Both the position numbers and the translations under genes were made by a program. From Phyllosticta citribraziliensis (lineage: Eukaryota), in contig NW_027117338.1 of the NCBI RefSeq assembly GCF_038025025.1, forward strand, positions 2,480,001 through 2,544,000: a stretch of 64,000 bases of DNA, in the 5' to 3' direction. The number at the start of each line of letters is the position of its first letter. The stretch's first letter is position 1. The notes beneath the pieces are model-generated. The model searched no databases and was not told the DNA's origin. It saw only the letters and a program-made list of their open reading frames with translations. This document shows positions 1 to 11,360 of this stretch, in pieces.

Positions 1-1807
1 GCGGAGGAGGCAGTAGGAGTAGGAGTAGGAAGAAGGATATGTGGGCACGAGGGTTGAATATATCTATAGTCCGTCGTCGGGCCAGTCCGGTCGCGTGTGG
101 GCGCCCTGATGGCGCAGGGCAGGGTCAATACGGAATGATTCTGTGCGTCATTCTCTGCTGGGCTGGAGTGCAGGGCAGGGCGGGAGCTGAAGGCGTGATC
201 CCTAGGTGCGTAGGTCCAAAGTGAGCCGACTGTCATGCCATGCCAGGGCCATGGACTTTGCCCCGCGCACGCAATCCTGATGCCACTTCAGGCATCTATC
301 ATCCTCGTCTCCACGCTCGCCACACCCTGCTTCCCCTTGGTGCACTCCGTCTTCGGCCGGCTGTCGACGATCCACGCGTGCGCGTCCAGGTTAGCCTGGG
401 TCCTCTGCTCTTCTTAGTTACAGTAGGAGTAGAGAAACAGTTACACCGCATCCAAGGCACAATGAATTACCCCGCCTACATGCAACGAAACAGGCCCGTT
501 GAAACGCCCACATCGCCCAGGGGGGGGGAAAAGATCTCTGCCGCTGCTGGCTGCTGGCTGCTGGCTGCTCCGGTCAGCGCTAAGCCGCCTCGCTTCTGCC
601 ACCCACACCACACCACAACTGCCCAGCCATCACGAACTCCGACCCAATCAACCGCCGACTGCGACAAAAGAACTCAAGAGATCTGTCATACATGCCCGCC
701 ACATGAGCCGACTTGACAGACCACTGCCCCGCCCACTTTTCCGAGCAGCAGCAATTGCATCTGTGTGCAAGCAGACGCTACCCAGGACTGCCCATCCGTT
801 TTAGGTTCATGTACACAGCACGCCCCACGGAGCATCCAGACAGCCCCAGCCCGTTACCGTGCAACACTGGCACCGCACCGCCCGTCAGACTGCCAGTTTA
901 CCCGATTGAGGCGTTGAATGCTCAGTAGCAGACTCGCACCAGCCGTGACATCTGAACGCTCCGCGCTACTCTTTCAAGACAACTCATCCAGACAAACCCC
1001 ATCTCCATCGGCTTTTCAAAATTACTCACTCCAACACTTTGACCACAACCCATGGCAGCGCAACCGAAACGCAGCAGCAGCCCTCGGCCAGCCTAGCCTA
1101 AACACGTACCCAACTTAACTACTGCCGTGCCCGCACCCGCTGCAACGCCCGCCGCGTCCTACCGCACGCCACACAACCCCCAACCCTTGCCCATATCACC
1201 CTCCGTTTCACCCACCTGCCCCCTTCTGGCAAGGCGCAAGCCGCATGCTTTGAAATGACTGCCTCGCTATTGGACGCCCGTCAGGGGGCACTCGTCAACC
1301 CGCCCGCCTACCTTGTGCTCCTGCGGGATTGTTGCCCGTGGCTGACTGCTGGGCCAGCCGGTCGTCCGTGGGCCTAGCTAGCTGGCCGCGTGCGTGGTCC
1401 GTCTCATATGCGCGGCGGCGCACGCAATCTATCGCTGCTGTCGTCCACTACACAGTTAGGCTTGTCTGCTTTTGCTATACGCACACACTCGATAGGTTGC
1501 TTTGAAATCAGTCGTGTCTGTTTGCGTGATTATGCTGCGGCGGCACGGCGGAGCGGCCAGCGAGCTGCTTTCCATCCATACACACATGGATAAAGACTAG
1601 GCAAGGTAGGTATGGGACCTACACAGTCACCTGAGAAAATCACACCTCCCCGTCCAAGATGGGCAGAGATACGCAGACAACTCGCTTGCCCGCCGTCCTC
1701 TGTCTGTATGTATGTGCATATGTCGATAGCACGCAACACTATCGTCAATCAAATAAACATGCATGTACAGTGCATGTGCCCTTGCGCGCATGCAGACAAC
1801 TACTAGA

Positions 1808-1830
1808 CCAACCAACCAACCAACCAACCA
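1808..1830 (+). repeat. (CCAA)n microsatellite
   Basis: ccaaccaaccaaccaaccaacca. Confidence 0.9.
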
Positions 1831-2310
1831 AAAACTCCCTTAATTCAAACCCACGCAGCAGAGCAGAACCATCGCACGCATAGGGCAGGCAAGCCGCGGC
1901 ACTCGCATTGCAAACGACCCGCCGCCGATTGGCCGCAAGGTTGCTCGGAGATGCGTATGGTGCGGCGCGGCGCGACGCGACGTGGCGTGGGTGGGTGGAC
2001 CACAAGGTACATGGTCCGTAAAGAGCCATCATTGTCTCCTCCCTCGCTCGGATGTGATGAATGACGGACGGTGGTGCCTGTTTGGGTCCGACGGCGAGTC
2101 GATGGAAGGCGTCGCTCTTCCCATGTGAACCACGGACGAGGAGGAGGGACTGTTGTCGCGTGCATGATGTGATGACAGGGGGGGATCCGATGAAAATCGA
2201 ACACTTTGGTCTGGTCGACGTGGTCTAGATTCTGAGAAGCCCTGCGCGATGTGTTGGGAAGAGAAGAGTGCATGGTGGCGCGGGCGTTTGGGAATCAGTT
2301 TGTGCTTCCC

Positions 2311-2334
2311 TTTTTTTTTTTTTTTTTTTTTTTT
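2311..2334 (+). repeat. Poly-T tract (poly-A on the CDC16 strand), downstream of the CDC16 stop
   Basis: Run of about 24 T. Confidence 0.9.
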
Positions 2335-2485
2335 CAAAGAAAAGAAAAACGACCAGCAGAGACGTGGTGGAAGCAGAAAAATCCAAAGCTTCATGTTGTA
2401 CGTATGTATTGAGCTGGACGCTGCTCCATCCAAAAGACCATGTTTTTCATGCCTCCTCCGTGTCCAACGCCATGATATGCCCGAG

Positions 2486-2520
2486 TGCTTGCTTGCTTGC
2501 TTGCTTGCTCGCCTGCTTGC
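2486..2520 (+). repeat. (TGCT)n microsatellite, probably in the CDC16 3' UTR
   Basis: tgcttgcttgcttgcttgcttgctcgcctgcttgc. Confidence 0.85.
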
Positions 2521-2606
2521 TGCAGAGCGTTCCGCGTGAAGAATCAACCAACCACCATCCAATGATCCCAAGTAAACTCCCCCGTCTTCCGAAGCGCCAA
2601 TTCTCA

Positions 2607-4527
2607 CTACACCTCATCCACAACCATACTGTCGCCCACGCCCACCAGCGAATCCTCGACCTCCCTGACCGCCCGTCGCCGCGTCCTCCTCCTCTGCCCA
2701 ACCCCGACCGGCCTCCCCTTCAACCGCCGATCCACTTCTTCCTCCTCGCTCTGCCCCATCAGGTCCACGCTCTCTACCGCCTCTAGTGCCCGACTCAGGA
2801 GGTCCGTCGCGATTGGGTCCTGCGGACTGACGGCCAGGGCCTCGTGCAGAACAACCACCGCGTCCCACGCCCTGTCCATGGACAGTAATGTCAGTCCTTT
2901 GGCACAGAATACGCCCGCGTCCTTGCCGCCTTGTCTTAGCACCTCATCAAAGGCTTCGAGCGCCTTGTCGTACTCTTCGGCACAGCGATATGCATGGCCT
3001 AGGTTGGTGCGCGTGGCGAGGATTGAAGGAGAGGCCGGTGCAAGAGAGAGTTGCCCCGAGAGCTGTAGGGCGATGTTGAAGATTTTGATTGCTGACGGAA
3101 GGTGCTGCTGCTGGTAAAACACCACTCCCAGCTCGTTGAGGAGCAGCGGGTCCGTGTTGCAAAGACCATAGGCTGTTGTGAGGTATTCGTGTGCCAGGGA
3201 GAGGTTGTTCAGCTGGAGATTCTGCATTCCCAGAAACAGCTGCGGCAGATGAGTGCCCTGAAAGAGACGAGCGGCCGTCGAGTACGCAGAAATGGCTTGA
3301 TCGTGCTCGCCTTCAGCGGCGAACGTATGTGCAAAGCCAATCCATGCTGGGCCAAAGTGCGGATCCATCATCGAGGCTTTGGAAAAGTACCGCCTTGCGT
3401 CTGCTATTCTGCCAATGGTGAGGTAGTAAACGCCAATCGCAAGCCACGAGGTTGGCTCCTCTGGGTGATTGTCGGCAAGGTCGTGTGACAAGAGGAAGAG
3501 GGCGTTTTTGTTGTTCAGTTCGTGGAGACAGGCGAGATGCACAGGTAGGGTAGAAAAGCTGTATTTGTCCCGCTCGAGGATGGAGGAGGTCAGAGTCAAA
3601 GCCTCATTGAACCGACATTGGGTAAAGAGCTGTTCGGCCTTGGAGAGGACAATGTCTGGATTGTTCCCGAGGTTGTAGTGCGTCGATAGGGTCTCTGTGG
3701 CAGCTGTAAAGTCATCTGGGTTCTTGTATTTTGATAATCTCGTAATGTAGAGCATCTTGGTAAACTCGGCGGCCTCCTGCGATGACGAAGCGTCCCCGGT
3801 GCTTATTGTCTCAAAGTTGAGTGATTCTAGAAAGTGCCATTCCTCTTCTGGAGACATGAGGCTGTTCTTCATGAGCTGATCAAACGCCTCGAAGCACTGG
3901 ACGTCGATCCGAACTGCGTCCCTGTAGCATTCCTTGGCACGGTCAAAGGCGTTTTGCTTTGCGTAGCAGACTCCGCGGAGGTAGCACATGGAAGCTTCCG
4001 CCTTGATGTTGTTGAGGTCTTCCCTCTCGCGCTCCTCACTGCGGTCCACGCGATCGCTCCTCAAGCCAGACTTGAAGTCCCTTCTGCCTTGCAGACCATT
4101 GCGGGCGTTTACGTCGACGTGCTGAAGCTTTTTGCGAGCGCTATCGGGGGCCGATATCAAGTGTGTTGGGTTCTTGTCGCCGAGAACGGACATTGCCTCG
4201 TCGTATTTGCCCTGCTTCACGCAGCAGAGAGCCGCGAGGTATTTACTTCCGGGGCTAACGTCGGGTTTCGAAAAGAATCGCGAGAGCAGGCTTTGGGCGC
4301 GTGCGTAGTTACCGGTCGAGAAGTGAACCTGGGCCAGCCAAAAAGCATCTCGTTCATGGTCTGCTGCAAGTCAATTGGTGCTCTCATGCGCTGAAGCTCT
4401 CGGCCTTGAGTGGAGGTGCGCCGTACGTACTGCTAATGGCGAGGAGCTTGTCGCCGATGAAAATGGCAGACTCGTATTGATGCTTGTTCAAGGCATCTTG
4501 CCGCCACTCGCGCAGGAACCTGTCCAT
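2607..4527 (-). CDS. CDC16: Anaphase-promoting complex TPR subunit Cut9/Cdc16/Apc6. Exons 4527-4431 and 4360-2607, intron 4430-4361, about 616 aa
   Basis: Exon 1 reads MDRFLREWRQDALNKHQYESAIFIGDKLLAI. The intron GTACGT...TTGAC...GCAGCAG joins it in frame to NHERDAFWLAQVHF and on into ORF 2607..4220. Family-typical TPR text includes ARRYFSKASMMDPHFGPAWIGFAHTFAAEGEHDQAISAYSTAARLFQGTHLP. Confidence 0.95.
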
Positions 4528-5073
4528 TGGGTTTTGTGTTGGGGGAGGTCCGTAAGGGCCATGGAAAGGTCGAAGAGGACTCCAATGTTTGGTGTTTTGG
4601 GCGACATCCCGGTCCGCGACTGCCCTGTGCGCCAGCATCCTGGATTGTGTCTGCATCAACTCATCCCCGCAACTGCAACACTCGAGCTCGACGCGAGATA
4701 AATTCTTCGTGCTGGATGAATCCAACGGTGGAGCAGTTTGACAAGAATAGAAAATGAGCCAACATCAAGCTGACGACTGGGTTGGAATGTGAACAACAGA
4801 AGGTGCCTTGGAGCTGGGCCACCATTTTAGTGCCTAAGGCCAAGAAGCGGCCTGCTGACAAAGCTCCCGCCTCCAAAGCGGCCCTCTCCTCCGCCGCGGC
4901 CTTGACAGCCGAACTCTCCAACCTTCTTCAGCACGTCACAAAGTTCCGAGTCCTCCCCAGCTCCAAGCTCTCCTTCACCACACTACTCGACAAAGCCGTC
5001 TAACCTGCGACGCCTTCGGATTCGCAACCCTTCCTGTCAACTCGTCACCTCATAATCCACCCAAGCAACCGCC
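4528..5073. promoter_or_regulatory. Short divergent (probably bidirectional) promoter region between CDC16 and YJU2
   Basis: 546 bp separate two head-to-head ATGs (4527 minus, 5074 plus). No individual motif can be assigned with confidence. Confidence 0.6.
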
Positions 5074-5865
5074 ATGTCTGAGCGCAAGGTCTTGACCAAG
5101 TACTACCCCCCCGACTTTGATCCCTCAAAGATCACTCGGACCCGCAAGCCCAAGGATGCCGGTCCCAAGTCCCAGACGGTCCGTCTCATGGCGCCATTCT
5201 CCATGAAGTGCGTGTCCTGTGGCGAGTTCATCTACAAAGGAAGAAAGTTCAACGCGCGCAAAGAGACGACCGACGAAAAGTACTACGCCATCCAAATCTT
5301 CCGCTTCTACATCCGCTGCACGAGATGCTCGTCGACAATCACATTCAAGACGGATCCCAAACACATGGACTACGAATGCGAACGCGGCGCCAAACGAAAC
5401 TTTGAGCCCTGGCGCGAGTCTAAATTGGCAGAGGAGACCGAAGAGGAGCGCCTCGACAGATTGGAACGTGAAGAGGCTGAACGGGACGCCATGGCTGAGC
5501 TGGAAACGAAGACCCTCGACGCCAAGACCGAGATGGCCATTGCCGATGCCCTGGACGAGATCAGGACGAGAAACGCGAGAATCGAAAGGGGCGAAGTTTC
5601 AGCAGAGGCGCTGGTGGCCCCCGATCCTCTGGAAGCGGAGCGGAAAAGGCAGGACGAAGAAGACGCAGAAGCTGCGAGGAAGGCATTCGAGACTTCGAGT
5701 GGCGAAAAGGTGCGCAGGTTGGACGATGAAGCATTTGTGGAAAGTTCAAAGCCGGTTGAGGAGCCGGCTGTCGCTATGCCGCCTCCGACGTTCAAGAGGA
5801 ACGTGAAGAAGAAGAAGGATCTCAGCTCGGCATTGGGTATCAAGAAGAAGTCATCTCTGGTGTGA
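5074..5865 (+). CDS. YJU2: Pre-mRNA splicing factor Yju2/Cwc16/Cwf16 (CCDC94 family), 263 aa, intronless
   Basis: Diagnostic N-terminus MSERKVLTKYYPPDFDPSKI, VRLMAPFSMKCVSCGEFIYKGRKFNARKE and CTRCSSTITFKTDPKHMDY (zinc knuckle), followed by a coiled coil. Confidence 0.96.
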   Translation: MSERKVLTKYYPPDFDPSKITRTRKPKDAGPKSQTVRLMAPFSMKCVSCGEFIYKGRKFNARKETTDEKYYAIQIFRFYIRCTRCSSTITFKTDPKHMDYECERGAKRNFEPWRESKLAEETEEERLDRLEREEAERDAMAELETKTLDAKTEMAIADALDEIRTRNARIERGEVSAEALVAPDPLEAERKRQDEEDAEAARKAFETSSGEKVRRLDDEAFVESSKPVEEPAVAMPPPTFKRNVKKKKDLSSALGIKKKSSLV

Positions 5866-6410
5866 GTGAGGGCATCGCAACAGCGGCTTTTTTGCAATTT
5901 GTTTCAAGCATGGCGCTCAAGAGGACAGGGGTTTGGTTTTTGGGATTCGTGATGCAGACATGGACCAGGAAATGGAGCTATCCGAGGGGAGTCTGATCCT
6001 TAATCGATTTATACCTACGTGCTTTGGGAAGGGATATAGGTATCTCTTGAGATATTCGAGTAAACGGTACATGGGATACAGAGCATGCCATGCAGGCGCT
6101 GTGTAGTGTGACCGCATGACAGAGATTCGAGAAAATCCCCAAATCCAGTCAAATTGGACAGACACATGGGAGGGCTATGAACGCTGCGTTCCTCTCACTC
6201 TGCTCGAGGCGCAGGGTTGTAAGCAACGCAACGCAACGCAACCTTGACTCTAATTACATAGAGTTGCCCTATATAATAGGCTTCACCAATTATATTATAT
6301 AATTAGGTAGTTTAATTATATAGAATTACTTTTATTACTCTTACTACTAAAAATTACTACCTAGTAGAAATAATTTAATTTCTCCCCTATAATCTAAATA
6401 TACTAAAAAC

Positions 6411-6569
6411 TACTACCTACTACTCTTACTACTAAGAGCACCCCTTATTTAGGGCTATCTCTCTTATATATATATATATAAAAAACTAGGTCTTAGTATT
6501 TTATATATATATATAAGAGAGATAGCCCTAAATAAGGGGTGCTCTTAGTAGTAAGAGTAGTAGGTAGTA
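6411..6569. repeat. Near-perfect inverted repeat (arms of about 70 bp, short spacer) in the hAT subterminal region
   Basis: TACTACCTACTACTCTTACTACTAAGAGCACCCCTTATTTAGGGCTATCTCTCT(TA)8 is followed by (TA)7 plus its exact reverse complement, ending at 6569. Confidence 0.95.
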
Positions 6570-6769
6570 TTTTATAGAGGTAGTTTAGTAGTATATATAT
6601 ATATAATATAAGTATATTTTTAGTACTAAGACTTAGTATACTAAGATTTTAACTTAATTATCTAGTAATAATTAGTAAAATAGTAGGAGACTATAGAGAG
6701 AGAGGTAAATTTAAGTATATAAAATATATAATAATAAAGAGACTAGTCCTAAATAACTACTCTAGTATA

Positions 6770-9000
6770 GATCTAAGATTAAAGTATCTAGATAATAGTA
6801 ATAGTATTACTCTCTAAGTAGTTATATAAAGGTATAACTATCTAACTAGCTATACTAAATATATACTTAACCTCTAATAATATTATAGGAATAGATAGAA
6901 TATTAAGTACTATTTAAAATAGGTATAGATACTACTATTAGTAAAGGTACTAATACTTAAGAGGGTTACTACTTAACTATTCTACTTAAGGTTAGCTTAA
7001 GATCTAGTTATTATACTTATCTTAGTCTAGTAGTATTATAGCTTACTTAAAATATATAGCTATCTAGCTAGTAAACTTTCTATTATCTTTATACCTTTAT
7101 TTCTTTTAGGCTAGCTTAATATCTTTACTTAGCTACTACTCCTTATAAAGCTCCTAAAGCTATCTTATATATTATTTAGTCTAAGATAGCTATATAAGAT
7201 AAGGACCCTCCTACTTATTCTTAAGCTAGATTTATTAGAGTTATAGGTAAAGAATAACTATAGCTATATAAATAGAACTATCCTCTATCTTATTATAGTA
7301 GTATTAGAGTTTTCCTATAATAGTATCTAGATTTACTTAAAAGATATTATTTTAAACTTATATAGTATAGTCCTTAGCCTTCTTAAGGTATAAAAGAAGG
7401 TACTTAATTATAAAAAGGACCTCCTAAACTATACTACCTTATTTATTCTCTATATTCCCTTCTAGTACTTTTATAATTTTAGTAAAGTATTTAAGGATCT
7501 TATAGTAGTATAAAAGTATATTCTAATTATTTAAATCTAGTATATTATTAAGGACTATAGGTTAAGACTTTTAGTATAGTAGAGGTACTTATTATAAGGT
7601 CTAAGTAGTCTACTAGGACTACTAGTAGTAGTATTAAGAAGTAGAGGTTTTACTATACTTATACTTATAGTACTTATCTAATATAAGGGCTTTAATTAGA
7701 CTAGTAATTTAAAGTATATAACTAATTATATACTTAGTTAAGTTCTACTAGATAGTATTATTAAGGATAATATTATATATTAGATTACTCTCCTTAAAAC
7801 CTACTTCTATCTTCTAGTATAAGTAGAGGCGCTTTATAAGTAGTTAAGAGTAATAGATCTAGTATATAATATTATAGAACTTACTAATTACCTCTTTCTT
7901 ATACTATTTAAAGTACTAGATTAAGGACTCCTTATCTTTAATTAAGTTAATATTATTACTAAAGAGGAGCTTAAAAGAAAGGGCCTCTATATACTTATTA
8001 TTATTACTTATATTATCTATAATAAAATACCTAACCTTCCTATATATACCCTATATATAGATAATATCTAATACCTCCTCTATAAGATAATTACTAGTAT
8101 AATGCTCTTTAAGGGTAGGGAGGCTAATAAGGAGATAGTAGGGCTTTATATCTTTATTAATAAAGTAGTAGATAATTCTAAGTAGTTAGGTATTATTATA
8201 GGTAGTCTATATATTAAAGGAGATATAAATTAGGCCTAGGGTACTTTAAAGGAGATTTATAACTATACCTATATACTAGTTAAACTTATTAATAATATAC
8301 TTATAGATAGTAGTATAGGAAAGGCTAATTAATTAAGCTTTAGGGTAAATATAGTTAAATAGAGTATAGAATATAGGTACTTTAAGCTTTAAGAAGGGAA
8401 TATTCTTATATATTATCTAATTAATAACTAGCTACTTAAAGTACTCTAGATTAAAGTCTTAAATAATATAGTTTAAGATACTTTACTCTACTAGGTTATC
8501 TATATTTAACTAGAGTCTTTATATAATAGAGATAGTTATATACTTCTATAGCCTTTTACTAGTTAGGTCCTTAATCTTATAGATAGTTATTAGGTAGTAG
8601 GTATAGTTAGTAGTACCCTTAACTTAAAGAGTAGAGATTAAATAGGCCTTCTTATTTATATAGAGCTTATAAATCTATAGGTATACTTTAGTATTAAGGT
8701 ATTTAATATTAAAGCTATACTACTAGGTCTATCCTATATATATATAGTTTAGCTTAGCTATCTTCTATCTATAAAACTTTAGCTATAGAAAGTTCTCCTA
8801 GCCTATATAGTATTAGCTATAGCTATTATAAGCTTTATTAATAGATAGTATTAGGTATTCTAACTTAAGGACTATCTTAGAGATATAGTTAGTATCTATA
8901 GTAGTAGAAAGAATAGGTAATAAAGGAGGTATTAGTAAGGATAAGTATACTAGTAGTAATAAGGAGTATACTAGTAGTAAAGAGAAGTAAATTAGTATTA
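6770..9000 (-). pseudogene. RIP-inactivated hAT transposase
   Basis: De-RIP reading gives IHISFDAWT (~8230-8205), GYFVTDNASNND (~8035-7995), DNATRWNST (~7765-7735), KL.YYYNK.EDSS.Y.A.VIL.P (~7315-7245) and the dimerisation motif MALDILSIPAMSSEVERVFS (~6915-6855). Start and stop positions are approximate. Confidence 0.88.
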
Positions 9001-9189
9001 GTAGTAATAAGTAGATAGGTAGCTAAGGTACACGCGCGCGCGTATATTAGAGTAGTATAGTAGGTATAAGGCTTAAGGATAAGGATAAGGATAAGAAATA
9101 GAGATTTTAGAGGTAGAAGATATAAGAGAGGTATATATAATATATAAATAAGATAATATTTATAATAGTAGAGTAGGTAGATAAGTAAA

Positions 9190-10605
9190 TATAATAGTAT
9201 TACTTAGGCTATCCCTATAAATAGGCTTAATAGCTAAGACTACTTAGATATATAGATAATTTCCCTAAGTACCTAATTCTCTTATATAATCCTTAAATAA
9301 TTAAGTAATTACTTAGAGAGAAATTAGCCTCTAAGTAGATATTACTATATACTAGGGCCTAGTCCCCTTAATATAATAAATATATATTATTATATAAGTA
9401 TTTAAGGTAGGATTATAGCTAGTAGAGGTTATATAACCCCTAGGTTCCCTAAAATAGAATACTAAAGTAAGGAGGTATAGCCTTATTTTAGTATTAATAT
9501 AGAGGAAGACTACTATAGAAGCCTATATTAAGAAGAATATCTCTATACCCTTTTAATCTATTTACTAGTAGGTTATAGGATATAAATCTTAATAGACTAG
9601 TAGTCTTAAATAGATAGAAAAAAGTCTTTTAAGTAAAAAGAATAAATTTAGTAAAAAGTAATTAAAGAGTTAAAGAAAGAGTTATTATTAGAAAAGCTAT
9701 TTAGAGGGACTTAAGGCCTTCTTATATATCTTTTTCTAGTACTAAGAGAACTAATATCTATTATATAATAATAGACTAAAGTCTCTAACTAAGTATATTT
9801 TTTCTAGTAAAGTAAAATACTAGAGAGTTAGATAATACCTAACTAATAACTAGAAACTAGAAAGAAGGTACTTTACTAATTAGTAGTTTCCTTAACTACT
9901 AATAAAATATACTATCCTAATTAATCTAGAGCCTAGTATCTAATAAAAATTATAAAAAGGATCTTTCTTCCTATATAATTATATAGTAGTTATTTACTAC
10001 CTATATAATTATATAGAGGCTATATCTAAAGTAAAACTAACTTTTTAATAAAACCTAGTTTTAATTAGATATTAAGGAAGTAAGGATTCCTTAATTAAAG
10101 TAAAGTTATTAAGTAGATTATTCTTCCTAATAACTTCTAACTATAATAACTTAATAACTAGTTAAGATATAGTAATTCTAAAATATATTTTAGAATTCTA
10201 TTATATAGAAGTATAAAACCTAAATATAAGGTTTTTAATACCCTAGTCCCTATTAGGTAGGTAGGGAGGTCCTAGCTAGGTCTTTATATAGGAAGGACCT
10301 ATATATTAAGATAGATTAAAAAGTAACTAAGCCTAAGAAGTATTATTATATAATACCTTAGGGGCTATAATATTTATCTAGAAGTTCTAAAGTTTATCTA
10401 TCTACTAGGTAATTTTCTATAGAAATATATTATTTAAGTATTTCCTTCTCTTTTAAATATCTTACTAATAAGTTACTAGATTAGGATAGGAAATATACTA
10501 TTTAAATTATCTAATTCTACTCTATAAGCTTATATATTAAGCTTATCTAAAAGTTACCTAAAAAGCTTCTAATTTAGTAAACCTTCTTAAATAAAGGTTA
10601 TTATA
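9190..10605 (-). repeat. Gypsy-A 3' LTR (1416 bp)
   Basis: Colinear with 61070-62485, same length, differing mostly by transitions. Confidence 0.95.
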
Positions 10606-10688
10606 GCTATCTCCCCACTTCCTAGAATATATCTTATATTCTATAAGTATATAGAGACTATAGAGGTCTAGTTCTAGATAGAGTAATT

Positions 10689-11360
10689 ATATCTCTTTCT
10701 ACCTAGTACCCTTATATCCCTTTATTTAATAGGGGTAAGGGTTTTAGCCTTCTAGATAAAGATAAGAAACCCTACTAATCCTACCTTAAAAACTTTAAAT
10801 ATTACTACTACTTAGGCTATATCTAGTCTAATAGAGATAAGGATAATCCTAAGGGAGAACTATTTATTATTTATTCTTATATAAATTATATAAAGAATAA
10901 GATAACTTACTCTTTTAGTAAGTTCTCTACTCTTAACTATATATATAAGTATAATACTAATATATATATTATTAAATAACCCTATAAGGCTAAAAGGACT
11001 CCTCTAAATAGCCTTAAGAATAAGATCTATAAGATAGAGTAGTCTATTCTAAATAAAAGAGCTAAGATAGGGGTTCTAGAGGAATAAGTTTCTTCTCTAG
11101 AAAGAGAGCTAGCTAAGACTAGAGATACTCTTTAAAGGATCTAAGACTTTTCTAATCTAAGTATAGGATATATTTAGAATTCTAGTCCTATTCTAGAACT
11201 AGAGGATAAGGTATATAATAGCTATACCTTATTTACTTATCTAGGAGAAGAAGAGTTCTCTATTAGTATTAATTTCTTTAGTCCTAACTAGTTCTAGTTC
11301 TAGAACTATTTAGAACCTTTATATATAGGCCTTAGTAAAGGTAGCCTTAAAGAAATCTAA
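10689..11360 (+). pseudogene. Putative antisense accessory ORF of Gypsy-A (Cys cluster plus coiled coil), RIP-damaged
   Basis: Frame from ATA(ATG) at 10689 gives Cys-compatible TAT/TAC codons spaced C-x2-C-x6-C at ~10878-10910. A heptad-like stretch follows (LDSLENKIRK.EQSILDKRAKMGVLEEQVSSLERELAKTRDAL after de-RIP). Only one copy is available, so the reconstruction is ambiguous. Confidence 0.5.

Noticed and set aside
39..2600. Many short overlapping ORFs in the left GC-rich region, and a possible small minus-strand exon at ~286-412
   Set aside because: No recognisable protein motifs; several ORFs translate microsatellites or poly-T. Most likely intergenic or UTR sequence, although a small spliced gene cannot be excluded.
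2614..4757. Alternative-frame and antisense ORFs over CDC16 (e.g. 3834..4394, 3102..3488, 4375..4701)
   Set aside because: Shadows of a GC-rich coding sequence. ORF 4384..4725 merely contains CDC16 exon 1.
5125..6165. ORFs 5219..5806, 5370..5897, 5917..6165 and similar
   Set aside because: Shadow frames of YJU2 or its 3' flank, with no independent evidence.
10735..10790. Possible intron (GTAAGG...TACTAAT) in the Gypsy-A antisense ORF
   Set aside because: There is no clean AG acceptor, and the frame reads through without splicing.
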